From assembly GCA_051439505.1 (NCBI GenBank), contig JBFRWI010000011.1:1-24012 (forward strand): a stretch of DNA of 24,012 nt, written 5' to 3'. The stretch's first letter is position 1; every line of letters begins with the position of its first letter. A program made the position numbers and the translations under genes. The DNA is from Hormoscilla sp. (GTDB taxonomy: Bacteria; Cyanobacteriota; Cyanobacteriia; Cyanobacteriales; Desertifilaceae). The notes under the pieces were generated by a model. The model was given only the letters and a program-made list of their open reading frames with translations. It ran no database searches and was not told the DNA's origin. Below, in pieces: positions 8,141 through 16,292 of the stretch.

Positions 8141-9490
8141 ATGAAAGCCCCGATCGTCACCACCAACAGTAATGTTGATACTCAAGATTTAATTATCGCC
8201 AGACCGGCGGCGGGGTTATCCCTGCAAGGTCGCATCCGGGTTCCCGGAGATAAGTCGATTTCTCATCGGGCCTTGATGCTGGGCAGCATCGCCCGAGGAG
8301 AAACTACGATCAGTGGCTTACTTTTAGGAGAAGACCCCCGCAGCACGGCCAACTGTTTTCGGGCCTTGGGTGCGGAAATTTCCCCTCTAAATACTGACAA
8401 AGTGCAAGTAGTCGGCATCGGTTTAGGAGAATGCCGCGAACCCACTGATGTTTTGGACTGCGGTAACTCGGGCACCACGATGCGCCTGATGTTGGGCATT
8501 TTGGCATCTCATCCGGGTCGCTTTTTTACCGTGACGGGGGATAAGTCCTTGCGCGGGCGCCCCATGTCCCGAGTGGTGCAGCCCCTAGGACAAATGGGCG
8601 CGCAAATCTGGGGACGCAAAGAAGCAAGTCTGGCACCCCTGGCAATTCAAGGCACCCAGTTGCAGCCGATTCATTATCACTCGCCGGTCGCCTCCGCTCA
8701 AGTTAAATCCTGCATTCTGCTAGCTGGTTTAATGGCAGCAGGAGAAACCACCGTCACCGAACCAGCAGTCTCTCGGGACCACAGCGAACGGATGCTGCAA
8801 GCTTTTGGCGCATCCGTCAGCATCGACCCAGAAACCAACAGCGTGACGGTAACTGGTCCGGCCCAGTTGCAAGGACAACCGGTGATAGTACCAGGAGATA
8901 TCAGTTCCGCTGCCTTCTGGTTAGTCGCAGGGGCGATCGTCCCTGGTTCGGAACTGATAATTGAAAATGTAGGGGTTAATCCCACTCGTACAGGAGTGCT
9001 AGAAGCTTTGCAAATGATGGGTGCAGACATCACCCAGGAAAATCAACGGGTAGTTGCTGGGGAACCAGTAGCAGATTTGCGGGTGAAGTCCGGACCTCTT
9101 CAGGGTTGCTCGATCGCTGGTCCCATAATTCCGCGCTTGATTGATGAAATTCCCATTTTGGCAGTAGCAGCCCTGTTTGCCACAGGGAAAACCGTCATCA
9201 AAGATGCTGCCGAGTTGCGGGTCAAAGAGAGCGATCGCATTGCCGTCATGGCCGCACAGTTGAACCGCCTGGGGGCAAAAGTTACAGAATTACCGGATGG
9301 TCTAGAAATCATGGGCGGCACGCCTTTAACTGGCACCGATGTCCAATCTGAATCGGATCACCGCATTGCTATGAGTCTGGCCATTGCTGCCCTGAACGCC
9401 ACCGGTACTACCACCATCGGCGGGGCAGAAGCAGCTGCCATTTCCTACCCAGATTTTACAGCTACCCTGGAACAGGTGTTATGTATTTAA
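8141..9490 (+). CDS. aroA: 3-phosphoshikimate 1-carboxyvinyltransferase (EPSP synthase)
   Basis: [47 protein letters not shown] and DHRIAMS motifs. Confidence 0.98.
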   Translation: MKAPIVTTNSNVDTQDLIIARPAAGLSLQGRIRVPGDKSISHRALMLGSIARGETTISGLLLGEDPRSTANCFRALGAEISPLNTDKVQVVGIGLGECREPTDVLDCGNSGTTMRLMLGILASHPGRFFTVTGDKSLRGRPMSRVVQPLGQMGAQIWGRKEASLAPLAIQGTQLQPIHYHSPVASAQVKSCILLAGLMAAGETTVTEPAVSRDHSERMLQAFGASVSIDPETNSVTVTGPAQLQGQPVIVPGDISSAAFWLVAGAIVPGSELIIENVGVNPTRTGVLEALQMMGADITQENQRVVAGEPVADLRVKSGPLQGCSIAGPIIPRLIDEIPILAVAALFATGKTVIKDAAELRVKESDRIAVMAAQLNRLGAKVTELPDGLEIMGGTPLTGTDVQSESDHRIAMSLAIAALNATGTTTIGGAEAAAISYPDFTATLEQVLCI

Positions 9491-9558
9491 AGGATGTCTT
9501 GATTGCCTAAGAGCAGAAGTTACTTAGCCATCGATCTACCAGCACGAGGATAAAACCG

Positions 9559-10293
9559 ATGACAAAGATTTTGGTAATTGAAGACGAGCCACCTGTACGC
9601 ACCAACCTGCTCAAACTTCTGGAAGCCGAGGGGTTTGAAGTCAAGGGAGCTGAAAACGGTTCCGCTGGTGTCTCCTTGGCTATTCAGCAAGTTCCCGATT
9701 TGATTCTTTGCGACATTATGATGCCGGAACTGGACGGACATGGCGTGCTCGAAGCCCTACGCCAAAACCCAGCTACGGCGGCAATTCCGTTTATTTTTCT
9801 CACTGCTCGGGCCTCGCGATCGGATTGGCGTCAAGGAATGGAATTAGGAGCGGATGATTATCTGACTAAACCATTTACCAGAGATGAGTTGCTGGCAGCT
9901 ATTGCTACGCGCCTGAAAAAACAGGAAGCTGCTATGGCCAAATATAAGACTGAGCGCAAACGAGCTGAAGAGCTGTCAGAAAAATGCCTCGATCTCCAGG
10001 AGTTTGTGAAGGCTAAAGATGATCTTTTGAATAATCTATCCCAGGAGTTACGTCAGCCATTGTCTAATATCAATATGGCTCTACATATGCTCAAATCAGC
10101 TCCGGAAGGCTCGCAGCGCCAGCAATATCTGGATATTTTGCAAAAAGAGTTTTCTCGTGAAATCTCACTGATCAATCAAGTCTCAGAACTGCAACAGTTT
10201 CTCACCCCTGAAAGTGTCAAGCTTCTCAGTCAATTTAAGCTCTTAAAGGACGAAACAGGTAATGGGACTAATTTGCCCAAATTCGATCGGTGA
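9559..10293 (+). CDS. Response regulator: receiver domain + coiled coil + degenerate HisKA-like helix pair, no HATPase domain
   Basis: Intact REC residues (IEDE, LCDIMMP, FLTA, KPF); C-terminal NLSQELRQPLSNINMAL resembles an H-box with His replaced by Gln. Confidence 0.88.
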   Translation: MTKILVIEDEPPVRTNLLKLLEAEGFEVKGAENGSAGVSLAIQQVPDLILCDIMMPELDGHGVLEALRQNPATAAIPFIFLTARASRSDWRQGMELGADDYLTKPFTRDELLAAIATRLKKQEAAMAKYKTERKRAEELSEKCLDLQEFVKAKDDLLNNLSQELRQPLSNINMALHMLKSAPEGSQRQQYLDILQKEFSREISLINQVSELQQFLTPESVKLLSQFKLLKDETGNGTNLPKFDR

Positions 10294-10384
10294 GTTATCA
10301 GTTTTTGCTTGTCAGTTGACCTGACGCTCTCTATACCGGTGAAGAAAACCTCTCTTAACAATATCTGACGTAGTCCTGCTGGCG

Positions 10385-10421
10385 GGCGATCGCCCATCCG
10401 ATCGGCGATCGCCCATCCGAT
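10385..10421. repeat. Tandem 18-bp direct repeat, each unit containing HIP1
   Basis: GGCGATCGCCCATCCGAT at 10385-10402 and 10404-10421. Confidence 0.85.
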
Positions 10422-10649
10422 GTGCTCGACTCGGAAGTTGGGTTTCACCGGCAGGCTAGGGCGATCGCCACTGGAAAATTAGGCAATTATACCAGATAAT
10501 GTCGGATTAATTTAATAATCTTTATAAAGATTACCTGTTAACCCATGGACTCCCCGAGAAGGTCGGGAAAATACTGAGATCTAGTCCTAGCCTCACGATC
10601 GACCCGATTTCTGGGAATACTTGATAAATGTTCTCGCCTATGGGATGAA

Positions 10650-10670
10650 TATTGACTATAATTTTCAATA
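10650..10670. promoter_or_regulatory. Putative Fur-family box
   Basis: TATTGACTATAATTTTCAATA has 6-bp inverted ends; its core TGACTAT-A-ATTTTCA matches 11/14 of the 7-1-7 TGATAAT-n-ATTATCA consensus; lies upstream of an Fe-S gene. Confidence 0.5.
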
Positions 10671-10760
10671 GCTCCTAGGAGGAGCGCCAGTGGGCTAGAT
10701 TGTCGAGGCAACAAGCCACCGGCAGGACTTCCGAAGCACAGTTAGAGAATCATCAAAAAT

Positions 10761-11366
10761 ATGGATAAATTAGAAACCCGGTTTCTACTGGAAGGGCAGT
10801 TTCTGGGATTTGGACTTGAAGATGGTTACAAAATCAAATATTTGCGGTTGGCCACCGCAACAGGGGAAGACTGGATCAAAATGGACAAAAGGTTACGTGC
10901 CGGGCTCTACGGTCATTCTTTCACCCCAGGAGACTGGATTCAAGTTTCTGGCAAGCAAAAATATCAGCCCAAAACTGGCCAATTTAAGCTCAAAGCTGAC
11001 GAAGTAGTGGCGATCGCCGCTCCTCAAGGCCCCAGGACTGCCGCCCCCCCAGCCACGGCCAAACCAGGCAAGGCCCGGGTTTTAGTCTGTCAAAAATCTG
11101 ATTGTGGCAAACGTGGCAGCTTGAAAGTCTGCCAGGCTTTAGAGTCGGCCCTGTGTGCCAGCGGTCTTGCAGATCGGGTGGAGATCAAGAAAACTGGTTG
11201 CTTGAAAAACTGCAAAGCTGGTCCCAACCTTGTGGTTATGCCCGATAAAACCCGCTATAGTCGCATTGGTCCTCGCGAAATCCCAGCATTAATTGAAAGA
11301 CATTTTTCACAGCGAAGCGAATGTGCGAACCCAAAATTGACAGAGCCCAAAGTATCACTTGACTAG
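10761..11366 (+). CDS. Thioredoxin-like (2Fe-2S) ferredoxin domain protein with N-terminal OB-like domain
   Basis: VLVCQKSDC...TGCLKNCKAGPNLV.MPDK.RY four-Cys motif; beta-rich N-terminal domain and Pro/Ala linker. Confidence 0.85.
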   Translation: MDKLETRFLLEGQFLGFGLEDGYKIKYLRLATATGEDWIKMDKRLRAGLYGHSFTPGDWIQVSGKQKYQPKTGQFKLKADEVVAIAAPQGPRTAAPPATAKPGKARVLVCQKSDCGKRGSLKVCQALESALCASGLADRVEIKKTGCLKNCKAGPNLVVMPDKTRYSRIGPREIPALIERHFSQRSECANPKLTEPKVSLD

Positions 11367-11606
11367 ATGGGAGCCAAGCCCGATCGCGCCGGTAAAGTGA
11401 TACTACCTGGGGTTTTTGCCTTCGCCAAGGTTCCCCGAGAACCCCGACCATAGTTTTTAAGTCTTCCGGTGTCATTTTCTTGCACTTTTCGAGGAGCTAA
11501 TGATCCAGGCCGTGCAATCAAAAATTGTCACGGCTTGACGCGAGTGGCTTTTTGCCCTAAAATATCACGTCAGACAAGTTACATGAGGAAAAGGAGATAG
11601 GAAAAC

Positions 11607-11987
11607 ATGCCAAGGATCACAGTTGACAGCCAGCAAAATTGCGTAGAGATCAGGCCCGAATGGATGGACAACCTGCAAAAGGTAGCGGCGGAGGCAACTT
11701 TGGAGCCTGGGACTTATGTGCTGCGGATCAATAGTGGCAGCGTTAGCTATGGACCGGAAGATAACGCAAAGCCATTTGCCTTGCTGTGGATATACGGAGG
11801 CAAATTCATTGACCTCCAGACTGGTTCGCAAAACATCGCGACTTGGGAGACTTTGAACGGATATGGTGATACGCTCACATTAGAAGTGAAAAAGACCGTG
11901 ACTGTTAATGCTTTATTCCTGGATACCAACAAGGCGGATAACAAGGGTCAAGTGAGTATTTCGATCTTGCCTGACAATGAATCTTAA
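11607..11987 (+). CDS. Conserved cyanobacterial hypothetical beta-rich protein
   Basis: AAGGAG RBS; LEPGTYVLRI.SG..SY, LLWIYGGKFI, W.TLNGY.DTLTLEV and F.DT...DN.G motifs; followed by a terminator. Confidence 0.8.
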   Translation: MPRITVDSQQNCVEIRPEWMDNLQKVAAEATLEPGTYVLRINSGSVSYGPEDNAKPFALLWIYGGKFIDLQTGSQNIATWETLNGYGDTLTLEVKKTVTVNALFLDTNKADNKGQVSISILPDNES

Positions 11988-12042
11988 GAAGGATACTCTG
12001 ATATGGCTCCCGACTGATATAGTCTGAAGAAATAGTATAGCC

Positions 12043-12078
12043 GATGGCCTGCCTTCACGGGGAGGCGATCTTTTTTTT
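12043..12078 (+). terminator. Intrinsic terminator
   Basis: Imperfect stem GATgGCCTgCCT-tcac-GGGgAGGCgATC followed by T8 (12071-12078). Confidence 0.6.
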
Positions 12079-12475
12079 GCTAATTGTGAATTGCTGGGGA
12101 ACGAGATATGATTTTTATTTATCAGTTCAAAATTTCCTGGAGCGCGATCGCTTGCTTATCAGTACAAGGGTTTCGATGTTTAGATGACCCAGGCGGGGTT
12201 TACTTTTTTGTCACTCTCTTTCTTTGATACTTCATTCAATAAGCTTGAAAATTACTCACCAGGAAATAATCAGGGAAACCCCTATCAATTTTTCATATTT
12301 GTATATATATGTCTAAATATAGTCAATAGCGCTTGACATTCTCCCCACTCCCCCACTCACTGACAAATACTCTCGATCCGATGTGAGTAAGGCATAGCTG
12401 CTGCCAGGGGATCTGGTTGGGATGAGACATAAACCTGTAAAATAGGGGTACATTGCAGCCGCGTAAGTAATTTCG

Positions 12476-13651
12476 ATGAGTAATTCTTCAGATCCCGATC
12501 GACAGTCTTCAGGTGATTTCCAGAAAAGAAAATACCCGGATGAACCACCCAAAGGCGACGGCACCCAAGAGGAAAGCCAAACCACCACAGGTCGTATCTT
12601 GGTACTTTTTTTCTCAGAAAGCGCCTCAGGCAAAAAGCCCCTCGATCTTGATGAGTGGGTGGCCATAATTGTGGCATTGTTAACTATTGGCAGCATTTTC
12701 GCTTGGTCTATTAGCCCACGACCAGGAGGCGGGCGCTGGCCTTTCGCTTCAAAGGAGCCTCTGTCCCCAGTAGACTCTCTGGTAACTTCTGGTGATGTAG
12801 GAGACTCTAGTCCCACACAATTATCTCCAGAGGGCTCTGCGGCGGTAACTGCTAAGACACCGGCTGATCGAAAACCAGTATCATTGCTTCCCCCAGCGAT
12901 GACGATACCCGGAGTGATTCCAACTTCAGAAGAAGTTGACTTACCCCAAACCAAAAAGCCCCAAATACCGGCACCAACGGACTCCATAGTTGAGCCTGAA
13001 ACACCACCGGCACAGACTGATTCCACAGCTGAGCCACCAGAAACACCTAGCGATCTCGCGGTGAGATTCAAGGATGTTCCGGATGACTTTTGGGCAGGTC
13101 CTTTTATTACAGCTTTAGTTGAGCGCGATCTTTTAGATGGTGACGCCGATGGTAATTTCAATCCTAATGCACCGATGACCCGTGCTGAATATGCCGTCGC
13201 CCTGCCAAAAGCCTTTAAGGAAAATCCGACTCGGAATCAGTTGAATTATCAGGATGTTCCCAGGAATTCGCCAGCTGGTGATCCCATTAAGAGAAGCACC
13301 GAAACGGGATTTTTAAGAGGCTATCCCGGAGAAATATTCCGACCGGACCAACCCATGCCGCGAGTGCAGGTGATTGTCTCCCTGGCTAACGGATTAGGAT
13401 TAAAGGCCCCGTCTAATCCCAATCAAATCCTCCAGCGCTACCAGGATGCCGATCGCCTACCAGAATATTCCCTCCCGGCGGTGGCAGCTGCAACCCAAGC
13501 GGGTCTTGTGGTTAACTATCCCAATCCCTCACGGCTTAATCCCAACCAAGTCGCTACTCGGGCTGAAGTTGCTAGCTTGATTCATCGCGCCTTAGTTCTC
13601 CAAGGAAAGCTGCCAGAAATTTCCTCTGAGTATATTGTTCAGCCAGATTAA
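12476..13651 (+). CDS. Membrane-anchored S-layer homology (SLH) domain protein
   Basis: One TM helix (WVAIIVALLTIGSIFAWSI), a Pro/Thr/Ser-rich linker and three SLH repeats (FKDVPDDFWA...FNPNAPMTRAE; FRPDQPMPRVQ; LNPNQVATRAE). Confidence 0.9.
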   Translation: MSNSSDPDRQSSGDFQKRKYPDEPPKGDGTQEESQTTTGRILVLFFSESASGKKPLDLDEWVAIIVALLTIGSIFAWSISPRPGGGRWPFASKEPLSPVDSLVTSGDVGDSSPTQLSPEGSAAVTAKTPADRKPVSLLPPAMTIPGVIPTSEEVDLPQTKKPQIPAPTDSIVEPETPPAQTDSTAEPPETPSDLAVRFKDVPDDFWAGPFITALVERDLLDGDADGNFNPNAPMTRAEYAVALPKAFKENPTRNQLNYQDVPRNSPAGDPIKRSTETGFLRGYPGEIFRPDQPMPRVQVIVSLANGLGLKAPSNPNQILQRYQDADRLPEYSLPAVAAATQAGLVVNYPNPSRLNPNQVATRAEVASLIHRALVLQGKLPEISSEYIVQPD

Positions 13652-13660
13652 TTCCTCAGA

Positions 13661-13696
13661 CAGCCAACTGGATCTTTTGGGATCTTTAGTTGGCTG
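13661..13696. terminator. Inverted repeat between the convergent SLH and curT genes
   Basis: CAGCCAACTG...TAGTTGGCTG, 10 nt after the SLH stop codon. Confidence 0.5.
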
Positions 13697-13842
13697 ACTG
13701 ACTTGACTTGGGTCCAGTCCGCTTACAGACCCGATCGCATGGGGTGCGTCGTGTCTCCTCTTTTATGGGACTAGCACTCCCGGTAGAGCGATCGCCTGTC
13801 CGGGAGCCTGCAGCATCAGGAGACACAGCTAGCGGTGGCAAT

Positions 13843-14316
13843 TTAGTCTTTTGGTTCTTTTCCGCCCGTCACTTGATCTCCTAGGGCCTTGATATCCTCT
13901 ACCAACTCCTTGCGAGTAGAAGCACGGGCCAAATAGCGCCAAACAAACCAAGCTGAATACCCGATCCCGATTATTTCAAACAGCGGTGATAGCAGGGGAA
14001 GATCGTTAATAGCATCGATCGCAGCTAGGGTCACCTTAATTGTCACAAAGGCCGCCACAATCAGAACTATCGTGGTTATTGGTCCCTGGTATTTAGCAAA
14101 GAAATCCCCTAGGTAATCTAGCTTACCCAAGTACTCTAGCGCTTGCTGCCCATATTCCTTCAACTGCGGTTTGGCCCAGCGTACCGACTTGGGTTTGCTG
14201 ATTTCACCGGATGGTTCATTCACGAAATCGCTCGAAGTTTTTACCTCGGGTTCGGCGGTGGGAGTTGTCCCCTCGGGCTCTTTCACTGGTTGATCTGTAG
14301 ATTCTAGATCTGCCAT
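13843..14316 (-). CDS. curT: CAAD/CURT1-family thylakoid curvature protein
   Basis: Acidic disordered N-terminus, amphipathic helix, two TM helices and AINDLPLLSPLFEIIGIGYSAWFVWRYL..ASTRKEL (CAAD signature). Confidence 0.85.
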   Translation of the reverse strand: MADLESTDQPVKEPEGTTPTAEPEVKTSSDFVNEPSGEISKPKSVRWAKPQLKEYGQQALEYLGKLDYLGDFFAKYQGPITTIVLIVAAFVTIKVTLAAIDAINDLPLLSPLFEIIGIGYSAWFVWRYLARASTRKELVEDIKALGDQVTGGKEPKD

Positions 14317-14501
14317 ATTGTTATCTCACTCAATTACAATCTGTTGGAGGGGGTGCTAGGTGGAAGGACACCCACCTACTTCACTCATTCACTAATTCAA
14401 AAACATACTTGACAGTAAAACAGAGCTGGATTATTTGCAAGCCTGGATAATTACTATCAATTCTCTATTATAATAATAAACTATCTCGACTGATGTCCAG
14501 T

Positions 14502-14566
14502 GCTAATGGCTAATGGCTAATGGCTAATGGCTAATGGCTAATGGCTAATGGCTAATGGCTAATGGC
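14502..14566. repeat. STRR-type perfect heptamer tandem repeat (GCTAATG)9
   Basis: Nine perfect copies plus GC, 65 nt in total. Confidence 0.95.
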
Positions 14567-14840
14567 CGCAACGGCATTGGGAGAATAAGCGGGACGCGCA
14601 CCACCGTCAGTCCTAACTCGGCGGCGGTGGTCTACATTGTTAAACCCCGCCGAACGTCGGGTTATCAGCTGGAATCCTTCATCAGCTAATTTCTTTAAGG
14701 TTGTCTCATTAAGATTGTCGAAGACGAAGACGCAAACAGCTGTAAACCCCGATGGTAGCACAGCCGTTTCCTCCCGATAGCTTGCGGCCTGGAAAAAATC
14801 GCCGCTCGTAGGGTTTGGGACTGAATACTGCCACCTGCAT
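14567..14840 (-). pseudogene. ldhA: D-lactate dehydrogenase (2-hydroxyacid dehydrogenase) 5' remnant
   Basis: From ATG at 14840: MQVAVFSPKPYERRFF /frameshift/ QAASYREETAVLPSGFTAVCVFVFDNLNETTLKKLADEGFQLITRRSAGFNNVD /frameshift/ TAAELGLTVVRVP /frameshift/ AYSPNAVA, then the tandem repeat. Matches the LdhA N-terminal motifs R.AGFNNVD and VVRVPAY.P.AVAEH. Confidence 0.88.
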
Positions 14841-14885
14841 AAGTTTAACATCAGGGAGTTTTGACGGTGGGCGCCACCCACTTTT

Positions 14886-15248
14886 TTACGGCTCAATTTG
14901 GTTCTCGACGGGTGCCGCTTGTGCTGGAGGAAGCATTCTCTGTAATTGCTGCCTGCGAAACTCGGCGGCGGCGTCATTGATTTGTTGGCGCTGTTGAGTC
15001 CTGAACTCATTCATGTTCATACCATTATTCAGCCGCGCCCGGTGGATCAGGTCGTAGACGCTGCTGGAATTGCTAGCACCGGAGAAGGGGTCTGAACTGC
15101 CATCGGGGGTGCGCAAGTCCTCTAAAGGATCGATCTTGCTAGCTTGCGCTAACCCAGGCATGGGCAATAATAGGGATGCTGTTGACAGTCCAGCCAGAAG
15201 ACTCAGAACCAGACTGGTGTAAGGTTTCATCGATTTTGTTGCTTTCAT
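14886..15248 (-). CDS. Hypothetical secreted protein
   Basis: Signal-peptide-like N-terminus (LVLSLLAGLSTASLLLPMPGLAQ) and Gln/Arg-rich C-terminal helix; starts 18 nt after the permease stop. Confidence 0.75.
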   Translation of the reverse strand: MKATKSMKPYTSLVLSLLAGLSTASLLLPMPGLAQASKIDPLEDLRTPDGSSDPFSGASNSSSVYDLIHRARLNNGMNMNEFRTQQRQQINDAAAEFRRQQLQRMLPPAQAAPVENQIEP

Positions 15249-15266
15249 TTTTTCTCCTAGACGGCT

Positions 15267-16157
15267 TCAAGACAAGGTCCGACGCAGCAGGGGTTGAATG
15301 CCTAGTAGGGCTACGCCATCGAACAAAAGCAGAACTAACAGGGCTCCTCCAAAGGTGACATCACCCCAAGGTGCTGACATGACAATGTTACTCAATCCCC
15401 AGTCACTGTGTAGATATAGATAACGAATGGGTTCGATCGCGTAACTCAGGGGATTGAGAGTAACGACGATTTGTAACCAGTTGGGCATGAAGGATAGGGG
15501 GGCCAGGGCCGTGCTTGCGAACAGCAGGGGCAAATTCGTGACAAATATCACGGCTATCAGTTCTATGTGACCCGGCAGGGCAAAGGCTAGCCCCAAGCTT
15601 AACCCTGTCACTCCCAATACTAATAATAGAACAATCAGGGCGATCGTCCCTAGTCCTGCTACATCTGGCAGACCAGCACCCAGGAAAGCTCCCGCCGTGA
15701 CAATTACTGCGGCTTGGAGCAAACTCAGGGTCACTATATTAATTGCCGATGCCAGGACTATGGAGAACCGGGAAGCTAACGGCGCTACCAGTAACCGGTT
15801 CAGGAAGCCAAATTCCCGATCGAACATCACCGGTAATCCGGCATTCAGAGCACCGGCGAAGGCTGTAAACACGATCACGCCAGCACCCAGAAACTGTTCG
15901 TAACTGGCGATTTCTCCAAATAAGCCTTTGGGAGCATTTTGAAACAAGGCGCCGAACAAAATTAACCACATCAAGGGTTGAATAATGCCAGCGATCAGGG
16001 TTGAGGGACGACGTTGCAGCTGGATAAACAGGCGCTTGGTTAAAGCGAGGGTTTCTTGAGTTACTTCGCCGAAGCTGAACCCTGCCTTGATATTTGTTTT
16101 AGCTGCTGCGGTCTGGAACTTTAAGTCTGGTTTTTCAGGGGTAACAGTGCTACTCAT
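15267..16157 (-). CDS. ABC-2 type transporter permease
   Basis: QPLMWLILFG, FDREFGFLNRLLVAP and NPLSYAIE motifs; six TM helices. Start moved to ATG at 16157 (MSSTVTP) instead of the ORF-track 16229. Confidence 0.92.
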   Translation of the reverse strand: MSSTVTPEKPDLKFQTAAAKTNIKAGFSFGEVTQETLALTKRLFIQLQRRPSTLIAGIIQPLMWLILFGALFQNAPKGLFGEIASYEQFLGAGVIVFTAFAGALNAGLPVMFDREFGFLNRLLVAPLASRFSIVLASAINIVTLSLLQAAVIVTAGAFLGAGLPDVAGLGTIALIVLLLVLGVTGLSLGLAFALPGHIELIAVIFVTNLPLLFASTALAPLSFMPNWLQIVVTLNPLSYAIEPIRYLYLHSDWGLSNIVMSAPWGDVTFGGALLVLLLFDGVALLGIQPLLRRTLS

Positions 16158-16231
16158 CTTGGGATTTTGGATGTTATCTACAATGCTTTTGAATTTATAG
16201 CAAAAGCTGATATGCAGCAGTTGCAACAAAG

Positions 16232-16277
16232 GAGGCAGAGCCTCTATAATCTTGTTACCAGGCTAGAGCCTAGTAAC
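16232..16277. repeat. REP-like double-hairpin element
   Basis: GAGGC-AGA-GCCTC followed by GTTACCAGGC-TAGA-GCCTAGTAAC; both hairpins share an AGGC(T)AGAGCCT core. Confidence 0.6.
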
Positions 16278-16292
16278 GATGATAGCTGTGTT

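Noticed and set aside
12322..12338. GTCAA-N6-TTGAC palindrome / TTGACA -35 element
   Set aside because: No properly spaced -10 element, and too short to support on its own.
12313..13161. 282-aa minus-strand ORF
   Set aside because: Antisense to the SLH gene's low-complexity linker; no domain features.
14502..14566. CRISPR array
   Set aside because: Contiguous 7-mers with no spacers; no cas genes in the window.
14552..15010. 152-aa ORF treated as a real gene
   Set aside because: A chance read-through joining an off-frame part of the secreted-protein gene to one frame of the ldhA pseudogene.
16158..16229. N-terminal extensions given by the ORF track (permease 16229; likewise ctaB 19771 and small protein 21680)
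   Set aside because: The extensions are AT-rich, intergenic-like sequence; downstream ATGs fit the expected family lengths better.
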